DNA of 64,000 bases from a virus: positions 3,333 through 67,332 of the IMG/VR virus record IMGVR_UViG_3300028840_004512; one strand, given 5' to 3'. The stretch's first letter is position 1; the number at the start of each line of letters is the position of its first letter. The notes under the pieces are model-generated. The model was not told where the DNA came from and searched no databases. It worked only from the letters and a program-made list of their open reading frames with translations. The position numbers were made by a program, and so were the translations under genes. This document shows, piece by piece, positions 63,500-64,000 of the stretch.

Positions 63500-64000
63500 T
63501 CACACCATATCCCTGTACGGTAGCCACGACGCCTCTACACCGCCCGCAGCCGCCGTCCGAACCGCTGCCATCCCTGGCGCCGGCTGCGGCGCCGCAGCCG
63601 GCGCCCTACGGGGCGCCATACCCCTCTTTATCTCCTGCAGCTCGTGCCGCATACCAAGGAAGATGTTGCGGGCCTCAGCGGTCCACCAGTCGGGCTGATT
63701 AACCGCGTCCCGAAGCGTCTTGGTGGTGATGTTGAGATCAACAGCGCCCGCGGTCTCGACCAGGTACCTAGAATCCCTCAGCCCTGTCTTGGCCTTGCTG
63801 ACCGCGTCGGTCGCATCCAACGCTACACCCATCGCGTGAGCAAGCTGATAGGCGTCCCCCTCCGCCACCCCTATCCCATGATGCGCGGCCCTCTCAACAT
63901 CTCCGAACATCCCCTCAAACTCTGGCCCGATGCGCTTGCGGGCCGCCTTGGTGTACGTAAACAGCTTATCCAGAGACTCCTCAGCGTCTGTGTGAATAGA
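63500..64000 (-). CDS. probable tape measure protein C-terminus (partial)
   Basis: Ala-rich ORF apparently open to the window edge, immediately upstream of LysM/hub/spike. Confidence 0.55.
   Translation of the reverse strand, partial: SIHTDAEESLDKLFTYTKAARKRIGPEFEGMFGDVERAAHHGIGVAEGDAYQLAHAMGVALDATDAVSKAKTGLRDSRYLVETAGAVDLNITTKTLRDAVNQPDWWTAEARNIFLGMRHELQEIKRGMAPRRAPAAAPQPAPGMAAVRTAAAGGVEASWLPYRDMV

Noticed and set aside
1-64000. tRNA/rRNA genes and stop-codon reassignment
   Set aside because: No cloverleaf or rRNA-like sequence was recognised in the few intergenic gaps, and genes are intact under the standard code with all three stops used.

Overview
A 64-kb, GC-rich segment of a large myovirus-type (contractile-tail) phage genome, with almost all genes on the minus strand. 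Read in transcription order (right to left), 18.4-64 kb is a late/virion region. It holds the tape-measure C-terminus, LysM/X protein, hub, spike, gp25, baseplate J, several virion proteins, patatin and thaumatin-like genes, a gpI-like baseplate protein, three paralogous tail fibres, a tube-initiator-like protein, small putative head proteins and GroES. The 1-17.9 kb part is an early/accessory region with a DNA adenine methyltransferase, 5'-nucleotidase, pyrF and an ADP-ribosylglycohydrolase. Four things stand out. (1) A dispersed but apparently complete phage-borne ubiquitin-like pathway (E1/ThiF, divergent E2-like, Ubl with a 2-residue extension, JAB peptidase), headed by a Ro60/TROVE-like vWA protein with a small stem-loop RNA directly upstream. 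(2) Of seven free-standing HNH/GIY-YIG/EndoVII genes, five clearly and one weakly sit inside a gene end and are flanked by a recoded duplicate of that end, so the host gene is repaired without an intron. (3) A solitary CRISPR-repeat unit with promoter, leader, 36-nt spacer and terminator, plus a second degenerate repeat locus, with no cas genes in the window. (4) Recurrent leaderless sigma70-type promoters. All product calls come from motifs recognised by eye; no database searches were run.
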